The notes beneath the pieces are model-generated. The model did not search any database. It was not told the origin of the DNA and saw only the letters and a program-made list of their open reading frames with translations. DNA of 63,665 bases, filler included, from Thraustochytrium aureum (taxonomy: Eukaryota): the NCBI GenBank assembly GCA_012862495.1. It is 9 parts of 7 records of this genome, joined end to end, with 100 filler letters (N's around TTAATTAATTAA, not from the genome) between each part and the next. Parts side by side here need not be neighbours in the genome. Positions count along the whole stretch, not along the records: positions 1 to 24,314 come from BLSG01000034.1; positions 24,415 to 31,725 come from BLSG01000034.1; positions 31,826 to 38,185 come from BLSG01000034.1; 6 more parts are not named here. One strand, given 5' to 3'. A program made the position numbers and the translations under genes. Of this stretch, positions 23,219 through 34,324 are shown one piece after another; the first letter of the stretch is position 1; the number at the start of each line of letters is the position of its first letter.

Positions 23219-24097
23219 AGGCTCGCATGGAGCGCCCCCTCCTAGGCGGCCCCTGCGAGCGCCATTCTCCCACGAGCGCTCTTTCTCCAACCTTACGAGC
23301 GGCTGCTCCAGCAGCGCGTTCAAATCCGCGTCAGCTGCGTGAATTGCCAAAGCGGCTCGAACTGCGGCTAACAACAACAAGCGACCGGCGGATCCGCGAT
23401 TCGTCCGCAGTGCCGGCGCCGCCGGGCCGTTGGACCATGACGCAAGCCACCCACGGTCGTTTCGGTCGGAGCCCGCACCAGCCCAGCAGCCTCGAAGGCC
23501 AGCCCAGCAGCAGTGGTTGGGACTCTTTTTTCCTTTGGAATCAACGAACTGGCAGGCCGTCGAGCCACAAGGCCGAGCGACAAAGCGCCGCTGGGGGCTG
23601 CGCCTTTGTTTTGATTCGGTGCGCGCTGGGCTCGAGTGGGCGGGGGCGCAGCCGCATTGGTAACGGGTTTTCTGAAGGCCAGCCTGGGACGATCGATCGT
23701 TCGATGGATGGAGGATGCGTCCCAGAGCCGCTGGTTTTTGACGACCTGGAGGGGTTCGTTTTGCGCTGATTGGATTCGAAGGACGTCGGCGAGACCCAAG
23801 CGGACAAGTGCGTCGTGAATGCAGAGAACGGAAGCGGTTGGCTGGCGCAAGTGCGGCAGGTCTCTGTCTTCGATTCTTGATTTTTTATGGATTGGTTGCG
23901 ATGCCTGCACCTTCATTCCCGTGCGAGGCGCGCGTGCACGACCCTTGCACGCTCGCTGCACGCCGGCACGACCCTTGCACGCTTGCACGACGCCGGCACG
24001 CTGTTCTCATGCCGCCAAGCCAAGCAATCACAAGCAATCACAGCGGGGTAATTTGATTTTCTGATTTGTAGTGCGAGATGACAAAAAAACACGATCT

Positions 24098-24313
24098 CTA
24101 ATTCAATGGGCGGCCCTGAAGCGCCGGCCCAGACCTGTCGTTCGTCTGCGTGCGGTTGAGGTTCTTGCCGCGGTTGATCTCCGCGAGAAGCCCGCCACGT
24201 CCGCCACCGCCGCCGCCCATCGGCGGGCGAGCTGCAGGCGCGCCACTCCGGCCGCCGCCAAAGCCACCTTGCTTTGCAGGCGCGGGCGAGCGACCGCCAC
24301 CAAAGCCGCCACT
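24098..24313 (-). CDS. C-terminal fragment of a WH2 (WIP/verprolin-type) actin-binding protein
   Basis: Manual translation: SGGFGGGRSPAPAKQGGFGGGRSGAPAARPPMGGGGGGRGGLLAEINRGKNLNRTQTNDRSGPALQGRPLN*. This matches the WIP-type WH2 pattern LLxxIxxGxxLxxxxTNDRSxP. Truncated by a linker. Confidence 0.8.
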   Translation of the reverse strand, partial: SGGFGGGRSPAPAKQGGFGGGRSGAPAARPPMGGGGGGRGGLLAEINRGKNLNRTQTNDRSGPALQGRPLN

Positions 24314-24314
24314 G

Positions 24315-24414
24315 NNNNNNNNNNNNNNNNNNNNNNNNNNNNNNNNNNNNNNNNNNNNTTAATTAATTAANNNNNNNNNNNNNNNNNNNNNNNNNNNNNN
24401 NNNNNNNNNNNNNN
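24315..24414. other. Artificial scaffold linker (44N-TTAATTAATTAA-44N)
   Basis: Six-frame stop spacer of exactly 100 bp. Identical linkers at 31726-31825, 38186-38285, 41944-42043, 44700-44799, 57340-57439, 59906-60005 and 61330-61429. Confidence 0.97.
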
Positions 24415-25672
24415 ATCAACTGTCTTTGCGATGCGTGCAGCGCTTTGCGCAAGTGCTGATCGATGGGTGACTGCCTGGAAACGCGACCATTGCGTTTGGT
24501 GTGGTCAATGTGCTTGTGGTTTCTACCCTAGCTCGAGCGGTAGGACTCTTCACGCGCGCAAGATAAAAGAGGTTGCAATTGCACACAACTCCGCAACGCA
24601 GAGGCCCTTTTGCTCGCCTGGGCATGACCCGTTTCTGGGCTGTCGCCAGACTCGGACGTGCAAGCCAACGCTCACGCCACAGAGCGCATTGCATCATGTG
24701 CTCTCACAACAGCAGACACCGCTCACCGATAGCAGCGGGGCATGTTTTGCAGGATCCCCTTGTGTGGAGGAGGCGTACCGTCACATCATTTTCCTCCTGC
24801 TGGCCACTCAATGTTAGTTGGCCAGGCATTGGCCAACGCATCGAGGGCCCGGCCCCATTCGCATCCATTCCGGACACAGCCAGCAGAGCCAACTCATCAC
24901 AGACTGGCTTGAGTTGGCCTCGCCTGGCCCGCCAGCTCTGCACCGCCACTTCGTCGGTTGGTCGCTCGCGCCGAGCGCCAAAACACAAGGCTGAACTGGC
25001 GACGACGCCGAGGGCTTCAAAATGCTTGGCGCGCGCCGCCAGCGCTACCTACTCGAGTACCTACCTGCCACAGCCTCCACTGCCTGCGCCGCAGGCAGTG
25101 TGCTCTTGTGCTCTTCGCGCACATGAGCGAGGTGTGTCTCGTGCCACCGCGATTTTGGGCGTGCGCCGCGCCATGTGGATTTGTTTGTCAGGTCCGCATC
25201 TTTGGCGCACGACACTTTTTGCACAGAGTGGTATTTGGCTCCATGGAGCAACGAGCGCTTCGAGCGACGAAGTGCTCGGCTGTTCGTGGCTGCTCCGACT
25301 CGTTTGGCCGCGTTTGGGATCCTCCTTGGGAGGTCAACGACTCGGAATGGCGCCGAGAGTTCGGTTGCACCNNNNNNNNNNNNNNNNNNNNNNNNNNNNN
25401 NNNNNNNNNNNNNNNNNNNNNNNNNNNNNNNNNNNNNNNNNNNNNNNNNNNNNNNNNNNNNNNNNNNNNNNNNNNNNNNNNNNNNNNNNNNNNNNNNNNN
25501 NNNNNNNNNNNNNNNNNNNNNNNNNNNNNNNNNNNNNNNNNNNNNNNNNNNNNNNNNNNNNNNNNNNNNNNNNNNNNNNNNNNNNNNNNNNNNNNNNNNN
25601 NNNCAAAAAGGCAGTTTTGTTCAATCTGTATCGGTACTCTATGCATTGGTCAATGATGTGAAGGCGAGGATC

Positions 25673-28074
25673 CTAGTTCGCCGCGGGCTTCGTGTAGTTG
25701 CCCGGAAACAGGCCGCGTTGGCCATTGATCTCGCCTTCAAACCATCCCGACGCGTCGCGCGAAAGCACGCGGATCTTGTCACCCTTGCGGAAAGTGAGCT
25801 CGCCTGGCTCGGAGGCGCTGTGGTAGTGCACTGCGACGACAAAGTCGCCGTCGTCAGCGACGCCGGCAGCGGACCCAGCAGCTTTGCCCGTCGAGGAGCG
25901 CCAGAGCGAAGTAATGCCGCCCGCAAACATGCCCGCCGCTCCAGCAGCCTTCGCGACCGCGCCGGGGCTCGAGCCGCCGTTGTTCTTGAGAGCAGTGGCG
26001 CCCACGGGCGGGAGCGAGTTGCGCGCGTTCCTCCTTCGTCGGAAGGCAACGCCACCGACAACAAGACCGAGCGCACCAACAACGATAGCGCCAATGAGCC
26101 ACGGCGAGAGGCCGCCGTTGACGACAATGATCTCGCCCTTCTGGCCGCGGTTGGAAAAGTTGTTGTTCCGCGTGCTCATAAAGTGGTAGTGGCCCTGCTG
26201 GCCCACCGGAAGCGGCCCCGCGTCAAAGTACGGGGTGGCTGCGCCGGAGAGCTTCATGCAGTTGTGGTGCGTCTCCTCACGCTCTGCGCGGTTGTTGAAG
26301 GTCTCCTTGAGCTTGTCAAACGACCAGCACGCATCCGGGTTGTTGATCGGCTGGTCGAGCAGGAGAAGTCGCTTCCACACGGCGGCGTCCACGTCAAACA
26401 AGCTGTACGCGGAGGCGTCGGTGTTGGGCATGTTGTCCCCGGGCTTGGAGAGCAGCGCGATGTTGTGGCGGTCCGACTTGGTCTCCTTGTTCTGGTTGTT
26501 GGACGAGTACGGGCCGGCCTCGCCGTTGTTCCCGTTGCGGTTCGGGTTGTAGTCAGAGCCGGTCCACTGCACGTGCACGCACTCGTCGGTGGCCGCGACG
26601 AGGTGGTCGGGCGCAAAGTCGTACTCGACGGCCGGGTACGCCTGCACGATGTTTCCGCGCTTGCCGCGCACGTTGAGGTTGTGGATCTTGCGCCCCCTTG
26701 CAGGGGGACCCTCCGTCGGGGCCGGGCGGATCTCAAACGTGTACGAGCGGTCCTGGAAGGTGCGGCCGAACTGGTCGGTGTTGATGGCAAAGCCACCTTG
26801 GCGGCGTCGCCCTCAAGGCCCAGCCCCGCGATTGCAAGGTACGTTTCGGCCTCGTTCTCGTCGTTGTCCTTGAGGGGGCTCGCGCCCTCGCTCTGCGCGG
26901 TGGTTCCCACCACAGACACGTCGCCAAAGTCCGCGGTCGAAATGTTGTATCGCATGCGAAGCACGCACCGCATGGGGCGGTCCACTTCGGGGAGCGTCCA
27001 GTTGTACCGGTTGTTCGAGGTCCCGCCCGCCTCATTGCCAAGATGGTTTTGCCTTGTGTAGGAGCCAACGAGGCACTCGGGCGGGGCAATGCCGTGCGCG
27101 GCGTCCTCGCACCAGGTGAACCCGCCCTTCTCGCACGACACCTTGTTGTTGGGCTGCTTGCCGTCGCCGGGGCACTCGCCGCCGCAGTCGCAGCGGCCGC
27201 GCGACTTTACGTTTTGGCTCTCGGTCCGGAAGAACTCGCACTTGTCCTCGTTCTCGGCGATCACCGCGATGTCCTTCCAGGGCGACCAGTGCCAGTACGG
27301 CCAGTACTGGCTCTCCTCAGGGCACTCGAGGCCGTACCGCTGCGGGTTGGGGTTTTGCCGCGTGCTGCGCGCGTCGTTCCCGTTTACGTTCTGGTCGGCG
27401 ATGAAAAGGCCCTTGTTGCGCTCGCGGTTGCGGCACTCTTTGTAGTACGAGTAGGTCTCGTGGCGCCCAAAGTTCATGTCGGGCTGTGCCTCGACGGTCT
27501 CGGGAATCGTGGCGGTGGCCTCGTCGTTGACGTTCTTGGGCTGCCGTCACGCGGGCCGCACACCGACGCGACCGAGGCGTCGGGGTAGAAGGGGGACTTG
27601 GCACGTCCCAGCTGCGGCAGCCGCTTGCGCGCCGCAGTTGTCCTGCAGCGTATCCTCGCAGGCGTACTGCAGGACGACCTGGGAGTGCACCTCGTCGTTG
27701 GTCCCCATGCCGTGCTGGACGGTCCACTCGAAGGAGAGCTCCGATCCGCTGTAGTAGTACATCATGGGCGTGTTGACGGCGTTTGGGTTGGTCAGGTCGC
27801 CCTTCGAGTCCAGCTCCGACTCTTGCGCTACGCAGTCTGCGAACGCGGCGTCGTCGTTCACAAACTTGTAGCAGTCGAAGGGCCAGGCGCGCGGGCAGCT
27901 GTAGCCGCCGTTGTCGTTGTTCTCCGAGTCGAACAGCCGGTTGTCATTGCGGCGCTCCTTGTTGTTGTCCGTGCGGCAGTTGCGGTTGTTCGACCCGCGC
28001 GGGTTGTGCATGTAGATGTCTGCCTCGACCGAGGCCGCGGAGAAGACGACCAGAGCGGCCGCGGTGAACTTCAT
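25673..28074 (-). CDS. DD3-3-like type I membrane protein with cytoplasmic C-terminal SH3 domain (frameshifts ~27595, ~27542, ~26790)
   Basis: Signal peptide MKFTAAALVVFSAASVEA, then DD3-3 family blocks DIYMHNPRGSNNR, RLFDSENNDNGGY, EWTVQHG, RNKGLFIADQ, TRQNPN..RYGLECPEE..YWPYWHWSPWKDIA, CVLRMRYNIST, AINTDQFGRTFQDRS, NVRGKRGNIVQAYPAVEYDF and TRNNNFSNRGQKG. Then TM WLIGAIVVGALGLVVGGVAF-RRRR and SH3 ELTFRKGDKI...GWFEGEINGQRGLFPGNY. Confidence 0.88.
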
Positions 28075-29348
28075 CCTGCCGTCGCCACGTCGCTGTATCA
28101 ACCCAAGCGAGCGCCTGCGAGCTGCAAGCAAATCCCCTTCGCCTCCTGCTCGGCCTCCTGCTCGGCCTCCGTTGCGCAGGTTGTTCGAGGTATGGTGCTT
28201 GGTCGGTCGCGCTTTTCAATGCACTCGAGCGTTCACTCGCTCGCACCGCCCCCTTCCAGAGGCGACGAGCGACACATCTGCTTGACACGAGAGGCTCTCA
28301 CTAGCACACCTGTGGCCAACAACTCTCACTTCTTCGTGGAGCAGGCAGAGAGCAGAGCGCAGCGACCGGGCCGGCCGCCCTCGCAGCCAGCCAGCGCCAG
28401 TCAGCTCGAGCTAGAGAGGCAGAAGCGCCGCGTTGAAGCGTGTGCTCGTGTGTGCACGCTGGTGAGTGATGAATTCCCGGACGCAATTGGGCAGGCATCC
28501 GGTGTGCGACAGCTCCTCTCGGGAATGCGGAGGGCCAAGTGGGCTTGTCCGCCAGGCTGTCCAAGTAGTTCCGAAAGCCCGGGTCAGTCGTTGCTCTTGC
28601 GTGCGGTTTTGCTGCTGCCGCGAGTGTGCATTCTCACTCGCTCAGTTTTCGATTGAGAGTCTGTCTGTCCAAGGAGGATCTGTCATTCATCACGCACTGG
28701 CAAGCCAATCGAGCCTGCCAGTGCGTGACATGACAGCGAGCTCGCAGGGGAGGACGACCGACCGGCTGTCTGTGACGAGTTGCGACAATCTCGGCCGCGG
28801 CTCCAACCGGGAGGATAGCAACTGCCAGTGCCTGCAGTGCTTGTGCCTGCCTGCCTGCCTGCCTGCCTGCCTGCCCGTGGCGCACCCGCTCGAGCGGCGA
28901 GCGATCGTGCTCGGGCGAGGCTTGCGCAAGTTCNNNNNNNNNNNNNNNNNNNNNNNNNNNNNNNNNNNNNNNNNNNNNNNNNNNNNNNNNNNNNNNNNNN
29001 NNNNNNNNNNNNNNNNNNNNNNNNNNNNNNNNNNNNNNNNNNNNNNNNNNNNNNNNNNNNNNNNNNNNNNNNNNNNNNNNNNNNNNNNNNNNNNNNNNNN
29101 NNNNNNNNNNNNNNNNNNNNNNNNNNNNNNNNNNNNNNNNNNNNNNNNNNNNNNNNNNNNNNNNNNNNNNNNNNNNNNNNNNNNNNNNNNNNNNNNNNNN
29201 NNNNNNNNNNNNNNNNNNNNNNNNNNNNNNNNNNNNNNNNNNNNNCGCCTGTTCGTGATCTTTCTCCTGTTTGTGCTCTTTCGCCTGTTCGTGCTCGTGG
29301 CGCATCGATCGATCGCGATTGGGCTGGATCGGTTTTGGCCACGGCGCC

Positions 29349-31013
29349 ATGACCGACGGGACGTTGCGGCACTGGTTTGCGCCGCCGAAACGCAAACGCG
29401 ACGAGGAGCCGCCCGCCTGCACGTGGGACCCCGCGCCAACCGAAGACGGAACGGCAACGGCAACGGCAGAGGCGCCCAGCAAACGCCGCGCCTCCAGCAC
29501 CAGGAGCAGCAGCGCTAGCACTACCGCCGCCGCCACCACCCACCACCATCAACAACAACAACAACATAATCAACAACAACAACAACAACAGCCCGGCAGT
29601 ATCGTCCTTCTTCGCGCCGAAGAGCCGCGCCTCCGATGGAGGGCTGCAACCGGGGTCGGCAGACGACCCTGGCAAGATCATGTGCTGGAACGTGAACGGG
29701 CTTCACTCGACTTTAAAGTTCAACGGGGCGCGAATCAAATCGTTCATGGAGCGCGAGTCGCCGGACGTGCTCTTCCTGTCCGAGGTCAAGTTCAAAGCGC
29801 CAAGCAAGGCGCGCCAGTTCGAGCTGGCCAACGCGGACGCAAAGTGCGGCGAAGAGGCCAAGGTGCTGCGCGAGGCGCTCCAGCCGCAGGGCTGCCTGGG
29901 CGCCTTTGCGTTCAAGAGACTCTCCCTAGCAACCAAGCGGTACGCGGGGCACTGCGATGCTAGTGCGGCGCGGCGCGTCTCGGCCTTCGCGCGTCTGGTT
30001 CGACCTGCCCGACCCTGCCGAGCTCGGAGACCCCAGCTCCACGCCCGACCGCGCCAAGCACGACGAGAGCGGGCGCATCATACTCGCAGAGTGGCGCACG
30101 CTGTTTGTGCTCCATACTTACNNNNNNNNNNNNNNNNNNNNNNNNNNNNNNNNNNNNNNNNNNNNNNNNNNNNNNNNNNNNNNNNNNNNNNNNNNNNNNN
30201 NNNNNNNNNNNNNNNNNNNNNNNNNNNNNNNNNNNNNNNNNNNNNNNNNNNNNNNNNNNNNNNNNNNNNNNNNNNNNNNNNNNNNNNNNNNNNNNNNNNN
30301 NNNNNNNNNNNNNNNNNNNNNNNNNNNNNNNNNNNNNNNNNNNNNNNNNNNNNNNNNNNNNNNNNNNNNNNNNNNNNNNNNNNNNNNNNNNNNNNNNNNN
30401 NNNNNNNNNNNNNNNNNNNNNNNNNNNNNNNNNNNNNNNNNNNNNNNNNNNNNNNNNNNNNNNNNNNNNNNNNNNNNNNNNNNNNNNNNNNNNNNNNNNN
30501 NNNNNNNNNNNNNNNNNNNNNNNNNNNNNNNNNNNNNNNNNNNNNNNNNNNNNNNNNNNNNNNNNNNNNNNNNNNNNNNNNNNNNNNNNNNNNNNNNNNN
30601 NNNNNNNNNNNNNNNNNNNNNNNNNNNNNNNNNNNNNNNNNNNNNNNNNNNNNNNNNNNNNNNNNNNNNNNNNNNNNNNNNNNNNNNNNNNNNNNNNNNN
30701 NNNNNNNNNNNNNNNNNNNNNNNNNNNNNNNNNNNNNNNNNNNNNNNNNNNNNNNNNNNNNNNNNNNNNNNNNNNNNNNNNNNNNNNNNNNNNNNNNNNN
30801 NNNNNNNNNNNNNNNNNNNNNNNNNNNNNNNNNNNNNNNNNNNNNNNNNNNNNNNNNNNNNNNNNNNNNNNNNNNNNNNNNNNNNNNNNNNNNNNNNNNN
30901 CGACGTTCCTGGGCTCGGACCACTGCCCGATCTCGGTGTCCATGCGGGGAAACCAATCGCCGGAAGGACAGGCGCCCTGCTCGATCGCTCGCCAATCCGA
31001 AGCGGAAACGTGA
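29349..31013 (+). CDS. AP endonuclease / exonuclease III family (APEX-like), gap 30122-30900 and frameshifts
   Basis: KIMCWNVNGL, PDVLFLSEVK, HDESGRIILAEW..LFVLHTY and C-terminal GSDHCPI; N-terminal NLS-like PPKRKR. Confidence 0.9.
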
Positions 31014-31623
31014 AGCCGTTACCACATTACCACAGCTAGCTCCTGGCGGCAGGGGTTGAACAGGCGTCGGTTCAACGTGATTTCAACCTTGGCTGCCCAC
31101 AGCATTTTCATTTTCGCGATGCGTTCTCGACTCATCCTCCAACTCGTTGTTCGTTGTGGGTTTGGCGACCAGGTGTGCAACGACACGCGAGTGACAGGGA
31201 CCCCCTGGAGACGTGCAACCACGCCGGTCCGCGTCAACACCAGGCCAGGCGTTGCGCCGAGTCCATTCTGGGCGCGCGCAACATCCGCACACCGCAAGGT
31301 GCGAGCTGGCCATCCTTCGTCACGAAGCCCGTAAACGTCACGTACCCTCGCGTCACGCTGCGGCCTGTGTCTCGTGGGCGTGGGACGCGCGCGCGCCTGG
31401 TTTGCCATGGCGGACGCCTCTGTTCTGCAGCGGGCGGGTCCATCACCCGGTGTGAAAAAGCGGGCGGGCGCCAAAGCTGCGCACGCCGTACTCGCGTCCG
31501 TGCTTCAGTGCTTGCTGTGGAGTGGACGACGGATGGTTCGCTCGCCCCCATCACAGCTCACGGTGCAATTGTTGCCGCTTGATGCTCGCTCGAGTGCACT
31601 CCGATGTCGAGCTGGACATGCTT

Positions 31624-31725
31624 GCTCGCTCGCTCTCGAGCTAGCTCGCTCGCTCGCTCTCTCGCTTTCGAGCTAGCTAGCTCGCTCGCTCGCTCTCTCA
31701 CTCGCTCACTCGCTCGCTCGCTCGC
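31624..31725. repeat. (GCTC)n-type microsatellite at scaffold end
   Basis: gctcgctcgctctcgagctagctcgctcgctcgc...ctcgctcgctcgctcgc. Confidence 0.8.
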
Positions 31726-31825
31726 NNNNNNNNNNNNNNNNNNNNNNNNNNNNNNNNNNNNNNNNNNNNTTAATTAATTAANNNNNNNNNNNNNNNNNNN
31801 NNNNNNNNNNNNNNNNNNNNNNNNN

Positions 31826-32146
31826 CGAGGCAAGCGGCAACGGCCTGGCCGTTGGCCTTGCCGCCACCGGTGTCGTCTCCTTGCCGTCGGCGCTTTTGCC
31901 TACACTCGCAAGGGCTCCAACCAGGGCGGCAACAACGCGGTTGCCCCGCAGGGCGGCCAGCAGGGCTACTGGCCGCAGCCCAAGCAGGCCTTCAACCGGA
32001 TGTCGACTGCCTTCCAGGGCTTTGCCTCCTCGGGACCGTGGGGACGCGGCGGCGCCCAGCCGCAGCAGCAGCAGCAGCCGCAGGTCTGGGACCAGAACCC
32101 GCAGTACGGCGGCAACCAGATGGCCAACCAAGGCCGCAACTGGTAA
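31826..32146 (+). CDS. C-terminal fragment of a single-pass membrane protein with a G/Q/N-rich cytoplasmic tail
   Basis: Manual translation with one indel at ~31880: GLAVGLAATGVV-LAVGAFAYTRKGSNQGGNNAVAPQGGQQGYWPQPKQAFNRMSTAFQGF...QNPQYGGNQMANQGRNW*. Confidence 0.6.
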   Translation, partial: RGKRQRPGRWPCRHRCRLLAVGAFAYTRKGSNQGGNNAVAPQGGQQGYWPQPKQAFNRMSTAFQGFASSGPWGRGGAQPQQQQQPQVWDQNPQYGGNQMANQGRNW

Positions 32147-33227
32147 GCGACGGCGCAACCCGTCCGCATTCTTGATCGACGTGTTCTGTAGACCACGCAC
32201 CTAATAGCCAATGTGTAATGAAATCTGCTCACCATCCCTCCTCGCTCTGCTCGCCGCCGCTCTGCGCAAGCCCCTGCGCAAGTAGTCCGGTGCTCCTGGA
32301 ACAGCAAGCACCATCGAGTCGTGCCGGGCCAAGGACGACGCCGTCGCTGTCAGAAAATCTGGTAAATGATCCGTCTCGACAGCATCCGCCACGACCCTGG
32401 TGCGCGTCTCTTTTGCCCTGGGGTTTCTGCTGCGTTGAGCCAAGCATATCCTGTCAGCCAACGCCTCGAGAGCTGCGGCATCTCCATGACCTTGCACCCC
32501 ATCGCCGTGGCAATGCCAATGTCCTCCAAGTCGATACGCACAGACATCAAACGTCTCTCCTCGTCACAGTGGTGTACGTAGTTACGTGCTCGCTCACTCT
32601 CCGTGGCATTGAGCCGTTGGGCAAGCGCGGACGCGTCCTTTGAATTCTGCTCTGCACTTGTCTGGGGAATCNNNNNNNNNNNNNNNNNNNNNNNNNNNNN
32701 NNNNNNNNNNNNNNNNNNNNNNNNNNNNNNNNNNNNNNNNNNNNNNNNNNNNNNNNNNNNNNNNNNNNNNNNNNNNNNNNNNNNNNNNNNNNNNNNNNNN
32801 NNNNNNNNNNNNNNNNNNNNNNNNNNNNNNNNNNNNNNNNNNNNNNNNNNNNNNNNNNNNNNNNNNNNNNNNNNNNNNNNNNNNNNNNNNNNNNNNNNNN
32901 NNNNNNNNNNNNNNNNNNNNNNNNNNNNNNNNNNNNNNNNNNNNNNNNNNNNNNNNNNNNNNNNNNNNNNNNNNNNNNNNNNNNNNNNNNNNNNNNNNNN
33001 NNNNNNNNNNNNNNNNNNNNNNNNNNNNNNNNNNNNNNNNNNNNNNNNNNNNNNNNNNNNNNNNNNNNNNNNNNNNNNNNNNNNNNNNNNNNNNNNNNNN
33101 NNNNNNNNNNNNNNNNCGCGAGACCAAGGCCAGGCGCAAGCCCCGGTGTCCAAGAGGAGGTACAGAGCGACGGTGTGCCCGCGGTCTTGCATAGGTGGGC
33201 CGGCGCAAAGTGCAGCTGGCTGGCACC

Positions 33228-33988
33228 ATGTACTCGACAAAGTTGGTGCACAAGATGTCGGGGGCGCAGTTCCTCGGCGGCAAGTACCTGGACAAGCACA
33301 AGGCCGAGAACACGTCGGCGAGATTCCAAGGCAAGCAGTTCTCCGTGCTGCACCCCAAGCAGGGCAACCCGAGCTTCGAAGGCGTCCTCTTCTCGCGCCT
33401 CTCCAACGAAAAGGTCAAGTCAGACCCGTACAGCAGCGGCAACAGCTACCTCAAATCACACCCGCTGGAAAACCGAAAGCTCGGCTTCGGTACGCATGAC
33501 GCGCCAAAAAAGGCGAGTTCCTCTCGTCACAGCGCGCCGAGCAGCACAAACAGAGCATGAAATCCGACGAGACGGCCGAGCGCGAAGCGGTGGCGCGCCG
33601 CGGCCCGATCGACGAGCAGATCGCCCGCCTTCACGAACGCCTTAACGAGATCGACGAGCAAAACCCTGGCTTCAAAGTCGACGAGCGGAACGACGACGAC
33701 TATGTGCGGCATGTTCCCGCAAAGCTCTACGACATAGGGCGGTCCGAGCAAGGGACGACTTCAAGCATGCTCTCGGACACGCGAGACCAGTTCTACTCAC
33801 TCAAGCGCTGCCAAAAGTCCAACAAGCCGCGCCACGTGCAGCGCCTCTCCGTCTCCAGCAACGACTACGGCCTGCGCAGCTTCAACAGCAAACATGGCGA
33901 GAAGATTATCACACTCGGCCCCAAGGGCGGCAACAACGGCAAGTTCCTCGACTCGGGCCATCTTCGAGTGTCGGAGCACGAGGATTGA
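33228..33988 (+). CDS. Conserved-looking hypothetical protein, possibly flagellar/axonemal (frameshift at A-run ~33510)
   Basis: GGKYLD...ARFQGKQF...PKQG, DPY...YLK..P...RKLGFGTHDA; joins via KKGEFLSSQRAEQHKQS to ORF 33557..33988. The resemblance to ciliary CFAP96/C4orf47-type motifs is from recollection only. Confidence 0.6.
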
Positions 33989-34324
33989 TTAGCAAGCGGC
34001 TTGGGCTCGCGAGGTGCGCCACCAACTTGGGCGCGCTCGTTGCGTGGTGGATACGCGTGCATTTCAATCGCGTGCGGCCCCGACGTACTAGCACTCCTTG
34101 ATTTGATGACCCAGCAAGACGACGATGAATCCCAAAATTTGCTTTGCCTACTTTCAATGAGCTCTCTCGAGGCAAAACTTCCTTTAACGCACACGGCGCG
34201 AGCTGGCCGAGCTGCAACGAGTTGTCTGTTCCCCTGCTGGTGGAAGCCCGTCGATGCAAACACGCTGCAATTGCCGGCCGAGCAGTTCGCCGGTCGGCAT
34301 GCAGAGCGCTTGCTTGCCCCTCGT

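Noticed and set aside
29349..31013. Endonuclease as the APE domain of a non-LTR retrotransposon
   Set aside because: It has cellular APEX features (HDxxGRII, NLS-bearing N-terminal extension) and stops shortly after GSDHCP, with no reverse transcriptase following.
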